DNA of 61,177 nucleotides, filler included. It is 4 parts of 4 records of this genome, joined end to end, with 100 filler letters (N's around TTAATTAATTAA, not from the genome) between each part and the next. Parts side by side here need not be neighbours in the genome. Positions count along the whole stretch, not along the records: positions 16,207 to 32,808 come from SRR31156797_3506; 3 more parts are not named here. One strand, 5' to 3'. Numbering within the stretch: the stretch's first letter is position 1; every line of letters starts with the position of its first letter. Below are positions 19,509-28,708 of the stretch, in pieces. A program made the position numbers and the translations under genes. The notes under the pieces are model-generated. The model was given only the letters and a program-made list of their open reading frames with translations, ran no database searches and was not told where the DNA came from.

Positions 19509-21323
19509 TTAGGAATCGGCCTCTTGCGGGGCCAGTTGCTGCGAGCGCGAGTTGTTATTGGCAGCCTGATGGAGAGTGAGCTGGGGAAAAGGTATTTCCC
19601 AATTATTGATGGTCGCGCATTCCACGCACCATTTATGGATAATTCTTTTAATTCGCGCGTTGATATCGGCAACCACCCCTTTGAAATCTGCTAAAACAAG
19701 AAGATCAAGTGAGGATGCATTTGCCTGATAAAACTCAACCCGGAGATTCAGGCATTGGTCTACCCATTCTTCTCCCTCCATCTTAGATTGGAGGAATGCT
19801 GCGAGAATATCAGGTATAGTACTGGTAATATCTGCCTGGAGTGAATAGCTGAGGCCAAAAGGAATACGAAGACGGAAATTGCGGGAAAGATTGATCGGAC
19901 ATTTTTCAAGAAAGATCCCTGTTGGGTATATAACCCGTTTCCCACCGCGTTGGACAAGCTCAACCTGCTCGTGAGAAAGGCTTACAACACGACCGCGTGG
20001 AGAGTTTTCAACGACAACCCAGTCCCCTTTTTTGCAAGGGAACCAGGACTCTTCATTGGAGAAGGGACGTGAAGCCAGTCCGACAATGTCCTCAATGGGA
20101 ATTCGCAGCCGAGTGCCAAGCGTTGGGTTTTCTAGCTGGCAGAATACGTGGATCGACACAACCTTCCACGGTACACCGTGGAGAATGAGCCGTTCATTTT
20201 CTCGGACCGATCCAATATTGAGCATGAGTCGTCCCTGCTGCCATAATCGTGGTAAACCTTGGCGAATTGTCCAGGAAATCCCAATGAAAAAAATGATAGC
20301 CATACTGAGCAGAAACCAGTCTTCAGCCAGGTAGAGAACAAAGAATAAACTGGTTATTGCCAGTATAATAGATGAAGCCTGGAAAAGGATGTCGATCATC
20401 CTGACGTGAAAAGACCTTTGCTTTTCATAAGATTTCATCTTTCCCAGGATAAACACGAAAAGGCGATAAAAAACTCTGCATGCAATCAGGACTGCAATAA
20501 AGGTGAGCAGGGCGACAGAGAGGTAGAAACCCCTATTTTTGAAAAAGGTCCGAACGGAATTACTGGAACTTTCAATCAGGGAAAGCTCCTTTTCATGTAA
20601 CTGAGAAAGCTCCAACTGTGCGAGTTCAAGTTTATTGAGGAGCCGGTTTTCAATATTTATCCATTCAGGAAGTAGGGCCTTTATACGTTTCTTTACCTGT
20701 TTATCGGAGGCTGTCTCTAGAATAGTTTGTAAATGAGCGACAGCTTCACCTGCTGTCTTGGAGAGCTTGGTGAGTTCTGCAATATTGTCTTTGAGGCGGC
20801 TTTTTTTTCTGGCTCTGATGGTAAATCTTTTGAGTTCTTTAATGCCCGGTTCAACCAGGCTTGCCAACTCTTCTTTCCAGCTGAAGGTCTCAGGTTTTTT
20901 TTCAGCAAATAAAGCAGATTCGACACCTGTGGCTATTCGTTCAAAATCTGTTGCTGTATCAGACAGTTGTTGATCAAGCTGGGTTGCTTCTTGTTCAAGC
21001 GTCACTTTTTCAGCGTCTGATTTACTGTTTTTATATTTTTTCTTTGTTAAATGTATTTGCTCTTTGAGGCTTTTCTGCAAATCTAACATCGATGTCAGCA
21101 TTTCTACAGTTTCCTGAATCTGCGTTTGTGATTCCTGGGGTTCGGTTACAGAGTCTGGCTGCGCTACTGCAGGATCGGAAGTCTTTGCTGCTGGTATAGA
21201 GGCACAAAGGAGTAGGCAACAGAGGACGATGCCTATAATAAATCGTGGGTGTGCATGGTTACGATTTGAGGCGTATGAGGTTGTTTTTGGCAGGCATTCT
21301 GCTAAATAAGGATCAGTTTTCAT
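19509..21323 (-). CDS. MscS-family mechanosensitive channel-like protein with an N-terminal coiled-coil extension
   Basis: Signal/TM segment, long coiled coil, about 3 TM, FPCKKGDWV beta domain, FGLSY, SSLDL and terminal WEIPFPQLTLH typical of MscS. Confidence 0.8.
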   Translation of the reverse strand: MKTDPYLAECLPKTTSYASNRNHAHPRFIIGIVLCCLLLCASIPAAKTSDPAVAQPDSVTEPQESQTQIQETVEMLTSMLDLQKSLKEQIHLTKKKYKNSKSDAEKVTLEQEATQLDQQLSDTATDFERIATGVESALFAEKKPETFSWKEELASLVEPGIKELKRFTIRARKKSRLKDNIAELTKLSKTAGEAVAHLQTILETASDKQVKKRIKALLPEWINIENRLLNKLELAQLELSQLHEKELSLIESSSNSVRTFFKNRGFYLSVALLTFIAVLIACRVFYRLFVFILGKMKSYEKQRSFHVRMIDILFQASSIILAITSLFFVLYLAEDWFLLSMAIIFFIGISWTIRQGLPRLWQQGRLMLNIGSVRENERLILHGVPWKVVSIHVFCQLENPTLGTRLRIPIEDIVGLASRPFSNEESWFPCKKGDWVVVENSPRGRVVSLSHEQVELVQRGGKRVIYPTGIFLEKCPINLSRNFRLRIPFGLSYSLQADITSTIPDILAAFLQSKMEGEEWVDQCLNLRVEFYQANASSLDLLVLADFKGVVADINARIKRIIHKWCVECATINNWEIPFPQLTLHQAANNNSRSQQLAPQEADS

Positions 21324-21647
21324 AGCCTTTTATATTACCTGGTTTTACCACAGTTGTGCATTACATTATTACCAATAATAGTAGCAATGTTATTAAGGAG
21401 AAGTTATACACGGCAGATGTACTGCGTGTTGAGTGGGTTGGACTTTATCAGTATGACAACAAGTTGTTGTATCCCCATTAATAGTCTCGGATAACGTTTT
21501 TAGCAAATATCCCTTGGAAAGCAGCAGGCAGAAAAACGTCTTGTCATTTTACCCCTTGTAGAGGAGATGCAGGGAGTGGAGTGTCATCTCAAACTTTAGG
21601 CAACCTTAAAAAAGTGTTTTGTCAAAGCAACATTTAATCTCATTGAA

Positions 21648-22721
21648 GTGAAGCAGCATATTATGGAAAACACATTATCCCAAAAAAAGGCCGATGTACT
21701 TATCCCTGAAGTAAAGATTCCGGATCACCCTATAAAAAAAGAGCTGTCAGAGGGTGAAAAGACTGCATTGAAGGATAAGATAAAACAATTGCTTAAAAAG
21801 GAAGATGCCGTACTTGTCGCCCATTATTACACAGACGGTGATTTGCAGGACTTGGCAGAAGAAACCGGCGGTTGTGTGGCTGATTCGCTCGAAATGGCGC
21901 GTTTCGGAACCGAGCATCCTGCCTCCACCCTTTTGGTTTCCGGTGTTCGTTTTATGGGGGAGACTTCCAAAATACTCAATAACGAGAAGCGGGTTTTGAT
22001 GCCTGACCTGGAAGCAACCTGCTCTCTTGATGAGGGCTGTCCTGCTGATCTCTTCAGCGCCTTTTGTGATCAGCATCCCGATCATACGGTGGTTGTGTAT
22101 GCCAACACCAGTGCAGAGGTGAAGGCCCGATCAGATTGGGTTGTAACTTCAGGTATAGCTCTCTCCATCGTTGAGCACCTTGCCAGTAAAGGAGAAAAAA
22201 TATTGTGGGGCCCGGATAAGCATCTGGGGCGATATGTGCAGCGTTTAACCGGGATCGAGATGCTCTTTTGGCCTGGGGCTTGCGTAGTGCACGAGGAATT
22301 TAAGTCTGCAGCACTTAGGCGAATGCGCAATATGCATCCCAATGCAGCTGTTTTGGTTCACCCAGAATCTCCTCAGTCAATTGTAGATCAGGCTGATCTT
22401 GTCGGTTCGACAACAGCTATGATTAAAGCGGTTGAGAGCATGACCAATGATGAGTTTATTGTGGCGACAGATGCTGGCATTTTTAATAAAATGAAGCAGC
22501 TTTCTCCAGGGAAAACGCTTATAGAAGCGCCGACTAGCGGAGAGGGAGCCACCTGTCAGACCTGTGCCCGCTGCCCCTGGATGGGAATGAACAGTCTGGA
22601 AAAACTGGCATGGGTGCTGGAAACCGGAGAGAATGAAATTCTTGTATCACCGGAACTGGCCGAAAAGGCAAGACTCCCCATTCAGCGTATGCTTGATTTT
22701 GCAAAAACTATGAAAAAGTAG
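21648..22721 (+). CDS. nadA: Quinolinate synthase
   Basis: [46 protein letters not shown] with three Fe-S Cys. Start may be ATG 21663. Confidence 0.95.
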   Translation: MKQHIMENTLSQKKADVLIPEVKIPDHPIKKELSEGEKTALKDKIKQLLKKEDAVLVAHYYTDGDLQDLAEETGGCVADSLEMARFGTEHPASTLLVSGVRFMGETSKILNNEKRVLMPDLEATCSLDEGCPADLFSAFCDQHPDHTVVVYANTSAEVKARSDWVVTSGIALSIVEHLASKGEKILWGPDKHLGRYVQRLTGIEMLFWPGACVVHEEFKSAALRRMRNMHPNAAVLVHPESPQSIVDQADLVGSTTAMIKAVESMTNDEFIVATDAGIFNKMKQLSPGKTLIEAPTSGEGATCQTCARCPWMGMNSLEKLAWVLETGENEILVSPELAEKARLPIQRMLDFAKTMKK

Positions 22722-22818
22722 GAGCATACCACCATCGTCACTAGCCCGTTTTTTATCTGTCGAGATTTCGTTCTACTTGAAGATATTGACAAAATATTGA
22801 GGGGAGGGGAAATCCGGG

Positions 22819-23003
22819 TTAAGGTCTGTCTGGTAATAACCTGGCCGATATTACGCTTAGATTTGGGCCAGATTTGAATGCGGTGGGTGAACAAAACCGC
22901 AGGCGTAGCGAGCTACGTTGAGGGTTTTGTGATTGAGTCGCATTCAAAGATGACCCAAAGATAAGATGCTGGATTGGACAAGTTATTTACTTATAGACCC
23001 TAA
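22819..23003. repeat. About 185-bp imperfect fold-back element (MITE/REPIN-like)
   Basis: Nested inverted arms TTAAGGTCT/AGACCCTAA, AATAAC/GTTATT, TTTGAATGCG/CGCATTCAAA, ACAAAACC/GGTTTTGT around the apex CGTAGC-GGA-GCTACG. Confidence 0.75.
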
Positions 23004-24088
23004 GAGGCGATGGTGTTTGATGACGGTCGAAATCGGCCGGTGGTTGTGTCAATACCTTGGAGTAGGAAACGGGTGTCGTTATAGAGAGAGCTGATGAGTC
23101 CTGTTTGCAATCGGTTGATAATGAGACGGATCGGGACGTCCGGGAGTGTTAACATCTCATAATCTGTATCGGCATCACCTGCTATCATGATCGGAGCAGC
23201 TTGAATAAGCTGTTCTATAACCTTCACCTTCCCATCCCTGAATGTAACCGGATAGCCCGGTTGCTCCTTGTCACTGAGCACATCGTTTTCTTCGAGTGCT
23301 ACCCTTATACCATAGATGTTTTCCTGTCGGACGGCAAATTGGAGTTCTTTGGCGCTTGCCTTGACCAGCCAATCTGTGCTGGCCGAAACAATATGACACT
23401 CTATTCCAATAGATGTCAGCCAGGAGATCAGGTCCCGCATTTCGTTAAAAGGTTGTAGGCCTTGTTCATAGGAGGTGGTCACTGTCCCTATGGGCGCATT
23501 GAATACGGACTGGACTGTTGCTGTTTTTAGCGGCTCTTTTTGGATACTGTCTATAACTTCTACTGTAAGTTGGGCAAGCTCTGTTGTGGAAAAGCCGGCA
23601 AGTAGTTGAGCCAGTAGAGGCAGAACGTAGCGCGGGCCAAAGTTTTCGTGCTTCCTGGCCTTTTCTGTAAACCAAAGCAGGAGAGCAACAAACTGTGGAT
23701 ACGCAACGTGTTGGAAGGCTTCTTCTTCCTGTTTTTGTTCAATAAAAGTCCATAATTGAGAGTAAAGGTCGATCAAGGTTGCTACGACCAGTTCCATGGG
23801 CTTGCTGTCCAGAGTCTCATTGCTGGTTGGCAAGAGTGCTGCAAATCTATCTGGTGTTATCCTGTAATGCAGTGAAAGCAGTTGATATCGAAAAACAGCC
23901 TGACCTATATCACGGAATATGCAGGTGTTATCAAAATCAAATACAGCAACCAGTCGCTCTTTGCTGGGGGATTTTGCCAAGTCGCCAATGACCTGTTGTA
24001 TGTTCTGGAGGTTGGCAGGGTACCAGTTTCCCTCTGAGGAGGTGTCCGGTGAGGGTTCGGCTGTGTTTGCTCCTTTGCTTTGGCTCAT
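23000..24088 (-). CDS. HAD-like phosphatase (phosphoserine/phosphorylcholine phosphatase-like)
   Basis: AVFDFDNTC, IVSAS, GKV, AGDADTD. Confidence 0.82.
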   Translation of the reverse strand: MSQSKGANTAEPSPDTSSEGNWYPANLQNIQQVIGDLAKSPSKERLVAVFDFDNTCIFRDIGQAVFRYQLLSLHYRITPDRFAALLPTSNETLDSKPMELVVATLIDLYSQLWTFIEQKQEEEAFQHVAYPQFVALLLWFTEKARKHENFGPRYVLPLLAQLLAGFSTTELAQLTVEVIDSIQKEPLKTATVQSVFNAPIGTVTTSYEQGLQPFNEMRDLISWLTSIGIECHIVSASTDWLVKASAKELQFAVRQENIYGIRVALEENDVLSDKEQPGYPVTFRDGKVKVIEQLIQAAPIMIAGDADTDYEMLTLPDVPIRLIINRLQTGLISSLYNDTRFLLQGIDTTTGRFRPSSNTIAS

Positions 24089-24139
24089 GGTCTATTTTAT
24101 TAGGCTTGATTGTTGATCAGGAAAATCATGGATACAATA

Positions 24140-24306
24140 CTCATGTCCTGTCATGTCTCAACTGTTGGCAAGAACGTGTTATTTGGGCCCCCTGACTTTG
24201 CTGCTTATTCGGTCACGTAGCGCTGCTACGCTTTCTTATGCGCGCCTCGCAGGAAACCAAAATCCTGGCGCATTTCTTCAACATTTGAAACTTGACATGA
24301 CACTAG
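24140..24306. repeat. 167-bp element with terminal inverted repeats (MITE-like)
   Basis: 28-bp termini match 22/28 (CTCATGTCCTGTCATGTCTCAACTGTTG versus the reverse complement of CAACATTTGAAACTTGACATGACACTAG); central CGTAGC-GCT-GCTACG hairpin. Confidence 0.7.
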
Positions 24307-24418
24307 ATACAGAAAATGAAATCTTACATAATACGGTAATAAACAAGCAATTGCTTGAATTTTTTGGTTGACCAGACTGCCTCACATCGTTTTGTTCCCA
24401 GAGAAAATGCAACAGGGT

Positions 24419-24457
24419 AAAAAAAAGCGGGTGCATCAAGTCTATGATGCACCCGCT
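24419..24457 (-). terminator. Rho-independent terminator of the tetR-sulP operon
   Basis: 13-bp perfect stem AGCGGGTGCATCA/TGATGCACCCGCT, 6-nt loop, poly-A on + (U-tract on -), 38 bp after the sulP stop. Confidence 0.85.
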
Positions 24458-24495
24458 GTCGGTTTAAGCCGAACTGTGAACTCGAAGCCTGGTGT

Positions 24496-26646
24496 TTAGT
24501 GTGGGATATACTGGGTCAAAGGACAGTTTTTACACCCTTCTGCTGGTAGGTCAGTATTGTCATGCACTTTGGTCATGATGTCTGCTACCGCATCCTTGGT
24601 GGTTGGGTAGAAGTTATCACTGCCTATTTTGTCGAACAGGTGGGTGCGGTCAAGTACTGCCAGGATAGGTCCTTTTGCATTACAGACTGCAAAACCAAGT
24701 CCAGCGGAATGCATTCGGGCTACAATCAGGGCGAGTTCTTCTTCACCTGAGGCATCAATGTCATTTATGCCGCTGGCATCGAGCAGTATATAACGTAAGT
24801 CTGGCATGTCTGTACGGAATTTAATGATCTGCTCATCCAGATAGCTGGCATTGGCAAAAAAGAGGGCACCATCAAATCGAACAACCGCTATATGGCGGCA
24901 ACCACGGAGGCGGTAATGCTCCATGCTCTGCAGGGAGGCGTCTTTATGCATTGAGAGTTTAGATACAACTGGTCGCATGGAACGATAAAGGAATACACCC
25001 ATGGAGAGCGCAACACCGACCATGATTCCTTTGTCAAGATGGGGGGCGTATGCCAGGGTAACTATAAAGGTTATAACAGAAATGATCCCGTCATGTTTCT
25101 GTGCATGCCATGCATGAACAAATCCTTTGGTGTTAACCAACCCGATAACGGCCATCATAATAACAGCTGCAAGTACAGCCTGGGGCAGATGGTAAAGCAG
25201 TGGGGTGAGAAACAGGAGGGTAATTATGACCATTATACTGGTGATAACGCTTGATACACCTGAAACTGCTCCGGCTTGGAGGTTAACCGCAGAACGAGAA
25301 AAGGAGCCTGAAACTGCGTAGGACGATCCTACGGAGCCAAACATGTTAGCGAGACCTTGGCCGATAAGTTCTTGATTCGGATCAAGCTTTTGACCGGTTT
25401 TAGCGGCCATGGCCTTGGCGATGGCAATAGCTTCCATGAAACCGAGCAAGGATATGATAATGGCTGTAGGGAGCAGTTTAAAAAAAGATTTAACGTTAAG
25501 TTCGGGAACACTCAGGGTGGGCAGTCCTTCCGGGATTTTACCGACGATGGCACCGCCGCCCATAAGTTTCAGCTTTTCAGGGTCCAGTACGGAATTTGAC
25601 ACCTTGATTCTCCAAGTGCCGCCGTCTGTTTCCATGCCTTCAGGAATATTATCCTTGGCATAAAATGTATATTGATCCCCATCTACAACTGCTTCGAACT
25701 TCATATCCCGTAAATGTTTTCTCAACTCATGGCTGTGATGTTTGGCCTGGCTGATTTTAGCGCTGAGGATAGTTACCTGATTTTCAAGGTTGATAATGTT
25801 AAGAAAAGGTCCGTGACCAGTCGCTTCTTTTTTGAGTTGATCGATCTCTTTACCTAGTTCAGCCCGCTCGTTACCTAGGTGGGTGATTTCATCGACACTG
25901 TGATTAAACGAGGTGATTGTTTGATCAATATCTTTTATTTGAAGCGTTTTATACGATACGAACGCATCATTGTTAAAGCCTATGAAATAGGAAATAACTG
26001 TGGTGATGGCGACTGCCACCAATACGTTGGGGATGCGGGGGTTGATTTTTTTTAGGACCACCATGATGACCACCGCGCTCGCCCCAAATGCAAGAGTTGT
26101 CCAGTGGGTATAGTCAAAGGCAGCCTGGGCAACCCTTATCATTGTCTCATAATGATGCGGTGCCTTGTCCACATAGACTCCGAAAAATTTGGAGAACTGT
26201 GAAGAGGCAATGATTATGGCTGCAGCGTTTGTGAAACCATTGACCACGGGGTGAGACAAGAAATTTACAACCAAACCCAGGCGAAGCACACCCAATGAAA
26301 ATTGGAATATACCGACAACCAGTGCTAACACGATGGAGTAAGCAATGAATTCAGGGCTGCCAGCAGTGGCCAGCGGCTCAAGGGAAGCGGCGGACATAAG
26401 CGATACCACGGCCACCGGTCCTGTAGCGAGTTGGCGGCTGGAGCCAAACAGGGCTGCCACCATGGGCGGGAGAAAGGCCGCATAAAGGCCATAGTATGCC
26501 GGAAGTCCAGCAAGCTGTGCATACGCCATTGATTGGGGTATGAGTACCAGTGCCACTGTCAAACCGGCAAGTAAATCAATTTGCAGGCTTTTAGCATTAT
26601 AGCCTTTAAACCAACCTAAAAAGGGAAAGATTTTTGTGAGTAGCAT
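24496..26646 (-). CDS. SulP/SLC26 anion permease with STAS domain
   Basis: DLLAGLTVALVLIPQSMAYAQLAG, GSSRQLATGP, NQELIGQG, GSFSRSA, STAS RFDGALFFANA and DASGINDID. Confidence 0.93.
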   Translation of the reverse strand: MLLTKIFPFLGWFKGYNAKSLQIDLLAGLTVALVLIPQSMAYAQLAGLPAYYGLYAAFLPPMVAALFGSSRQLATGPVAVVSLMSAASLEPLATAGSPEFIAYSIVLALVVGIFQFSLGVLRLGLVVNFLSHPVVNGFTNAAAIIIASSQFSKFFGVYVDKAPHHYETMIRVAQAAFDYTHWTTLAFGASAVVIMVVLKKINPRIPNVLVAVAITTVISYFIGFNNDAFVSYKTLQIKDIDQTITSFNHSVDEITHLGNERAELGKEIDQLKKEATGHGPFLNIINLENQVTILSAKISQAKHHSHELRKHLRDMKFEAVVDGDQYTFYAKDNIPEGMETDGGTWRIKVSNSVLDPEKLKLMGGGAIVGKIPEGLPTLSVPELNVKSFFKLLPTAIIISLLGFMEAIAIAKAMAAKTGQKLDPNQELIGQGLANMFGSVGSSYAVSGSFSRSAVNLQAGAVSGVSSVITSIMVIITLLFLTPLLYHLPQAVLAAVIMMAVIGLVNTKGFVHAWHAQKHDGIISVITFIVTLAYAPHLDKGIMVGVALSMGVFLYRSMRPVVSKLSMHKDASLQSMEHYRLRGCRHIAVVRFDGALFFANASYLDEQIIKFRTDMPDLRYILLDASGINDIDASGEEELALIVARMHSAGLGFAVCNAKGPILAVLDRTHLFDKIGSDNFYPTTKDAVADIMTKVHDNTDLPAEGCKNCPLTQYIPH

Positions 26647-26670
26647 AGTTGAGGTGTCCGTAGTCTGTGG

Positions 26671-27270
26671 TTAATTGGTTGTAGATTGCAGCATGCTTCG
26701 GCACGAATCTATGAGCTCGTCGTAAATAGCATCTGCCCGATATAACTTATAGGTGTTGAACCGTACGATTCCATCCACCAGGGTAAAAATGAGGAATGCC
26801 TTTTTGGAGGCATCAACCGCTTTAATTGATCGATCTTTCTGGCCAATGCGTATGGCCTGTTCAAAGACATCAATAAGACCGGAGTAAATTTCTTCTAAAT
26901 GCTGCCAGCAGTTTGGGTTGTGTTCTGCAATTTGATAATAGTGATGGCGGTGCAAGAGGAAAAAGCGTTTTTCCATTTTGCTGGCCTGTGACAGGTAAAA
27001 AGATATTGCTCCTTCGACCATGTCCATGCCTGTCTCAAACTCGTGGCTATTGAGATGAGCAGAGAACGCACTGATAAGTTTTTCTTTGAAGTTTTTTAAC
27101 ACAGCGAGAAACAGCTCTTCCTTGCTGTGGAAATGATAAAAGATCGTCCCGTCAGCAACGCCTGTCGCCTGTGAGATATCGCTAATGGAAGTGTCCCAAT
27201 ATCCATGCTCGGAAAAAAGTTTCGTGGCTTCTCGGAGAATAGCTTCTTTTTTTGTGTGTGATCGGGGCAT
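26671..27270 (-). CDS. TetR/AcrR-family transcriptional regulator
   Basis: N-terminal HTH ILREATKLFSEHGYWDTSISDISQATGVADGTIFYHFHSKEEL. Confidence 0.92.
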   Translation of the reverse strand: MPRSHTKKEAILREATKLFSEHGYWDTSISDISQATGVADGTIFYHFHSKEELFLAVLKNFKEKLISAFSAHLNSHEFETGMDMVEGAISFYLSQASKMEKRFFLLHRHHYYQIAEHNPNCWQHLEEIYSGLIDVFEQAIRIGQKDRSIKAVDASKKAFLIFTLVDGIVRFNTYKLYRADAIYDELIDSCRSMLQSTTN

Positions 27271-27297
27271 TGGAGAAAAATTAAAGGTTTGTCTTTG

Positions 27298-27315
27298 ACT
27301 GAGTGCTCATTCAGT
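27298..27315. promoter_or_regulatory. Palindromic operator, probable TetR autoregulatory site
   Basis: ACTGAGTG-CT-CATTCAGT (7/8 symmetric), 27 bp upstream of the tetR start and just downstream of a minus-strand TTGACG-17 bp-TAAAAA promoter candidate. Confidence 0.6.
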
Positions 27316-27599
27316 TTTTACCGTCAACAAGCTGTTTCGTCAAGAAAATTTCAAGGTATCAATTTTGATGATAGGAATGTTGTCTCTGTCTTATGCTTTG
27401 CATTTGCTTGCTTTTTCGATGAATTTTGACGGTTTGTCGTTTTAGGGGGAGACTGCGTTTTTATGGGCACTCTGGCCACTGATTTGTCTAGGGGGAGGGG
27501 AGTTGTTTGAAAAGATACTGTTGGAAGCCGGAGAGTATGGTACTATTATTGTTTTCTTTTCACATTCCCCACTTTGTCCCATTCTGTATGTTGTGACCT

Positions 27600-28439
27600 A
27601 TGACAAAATCAAAAGCATTTGTAGAAACTGTAAAAACATATATTGAATCAGAGAAGTTGTCTTTGCCCATTTTTGATCCGGTGGCTATGCGGGTGCAGCT
27701 GGAGCTTATTAAAAAGGAGCCGGACGTTCGAAAGGTTGAAAAAATTATTATTGCAGATCAGTCCCTATCAAGCAATATTTTGAAAGTTGCCAACTCGGCT
27801 CGCTTTGGTGGCGTTGTGAAGACGACCACTGTGCGATCGGCAATTGTGAGGTTGGGGACAACTGAAATCGGCAGTATTATATTGCTCGATATGAACAGGA
27901 AAAATTATAGGAGCAGTGATCCAAAGATTCGAGTGATCATGAAAAAACTTTGGCAGCATTCTGTTGGCTGTGCTTTTGCTGCTGGATGGCTCTCTAAGCG
28001 TCTCGACTTTGGGGTGATGCAAAATGAGGCATTTTTTGCCGGTCTGTTCCATGATGTTGGAAAACTCTTAATTTTGGTTGTTATTGAGCGGAAAAAAAAG
28101 AAGGATAGAAATATCAAAATCGATAATACACTGCTTCTTGGAGCAATGAATTTACTGCATGCTGAACAAGGTGCAAAACTGATGGAACAATTGGGGCTGC
28201 CAGAGGCGTCTTGCACCATAGCCCGTGAGCATCACCAACCTGCTATGGATAGAGGAAATTATTTATTGGTGCTGGTGCGCATGGCAAATCATGTTTGTCA
28301 TAAAATGGGGATTGGCATAAAGACTGACGAAGATTTGGATCTTCTTACCACGGAGGAGGCTAACGTCTTAAACCTTACTGCAGAGGACATAGACGAACTG
28401 GAGCTTTTTCTGGAAAGTACCCCCAGTCTAGCAGAATAG
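27600..28439 (+). CDS. Stand-alone HDOD domain protein
   Basis: LPIFDPVA, DQSLSSNILKVANSA, AIVRLG, LWQHS, AGLFHDVGKL, HAEQGA, AREHH. Confidence 0.9.
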   Translation: MTKSKAFVETVKTYIESEKLSLPIFDPVAMRVQLELIKKEPDVRKVEKIIIADQSLSSNILKVANSARFGGVVKTTTVRSAIVRLGTTEIGSIILLDMNRKNYRSSDPKIRVIMKKLWQHSVGCAFAAGWLSKRLDFGVMQNEAFFAGLFHDVGKLLILVVIERKKKKDRNIKIDNTLLLGAMNLLHAEQGAKLMEQLGLPEASCTIAREHHQPAMDRGNYLLVLVRMANHVCHKMGIGIKTDEDLDLLTTEEANVLNLTAEDIDELELFLESTPSLAE

Positions 28440-28489
28440 AATTTTTGGTTGTGAACAATGTAAACGGAATATGGTAACAGTTTTAACCT

Positions 28490-28503
28490 GGGACAAAATG
28501 ACC
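28490..28503. promoter_or_regulatory. Copy of the putative activator-binding motif upstream of the ercA-like operon
   Basis: GGGACAAAATGACC contains the reverse complement of GGTCATTTTG, found twice at 32522-32563. Confidence 0.5.
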
Positions 28504-28708
28504 TTGCCCTAATCGTTTATGTTATTTATCTAATATACTGTGTCCATATGGTTCGATCAGGTGACCTTATGCTTACTGTTTATGGCACAATTGCAGGGCT
28601 GTTGAGGCATAAATATTATGCAGTATCCGGTGGGTCATTGGAGACCCTCGCATTTTTTTAAACTGCCAGTACAGACACTTGTCGTGTCTTGAGACAAGGA
28701 ATAACATT

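Noticed and set aside
28583-28595. TGGCACAATTGCA as a sigma54 promoter for the ercA-like gene
   Set aside because: GG-to-GC spacing is 7 nt, not the obligatory 10.
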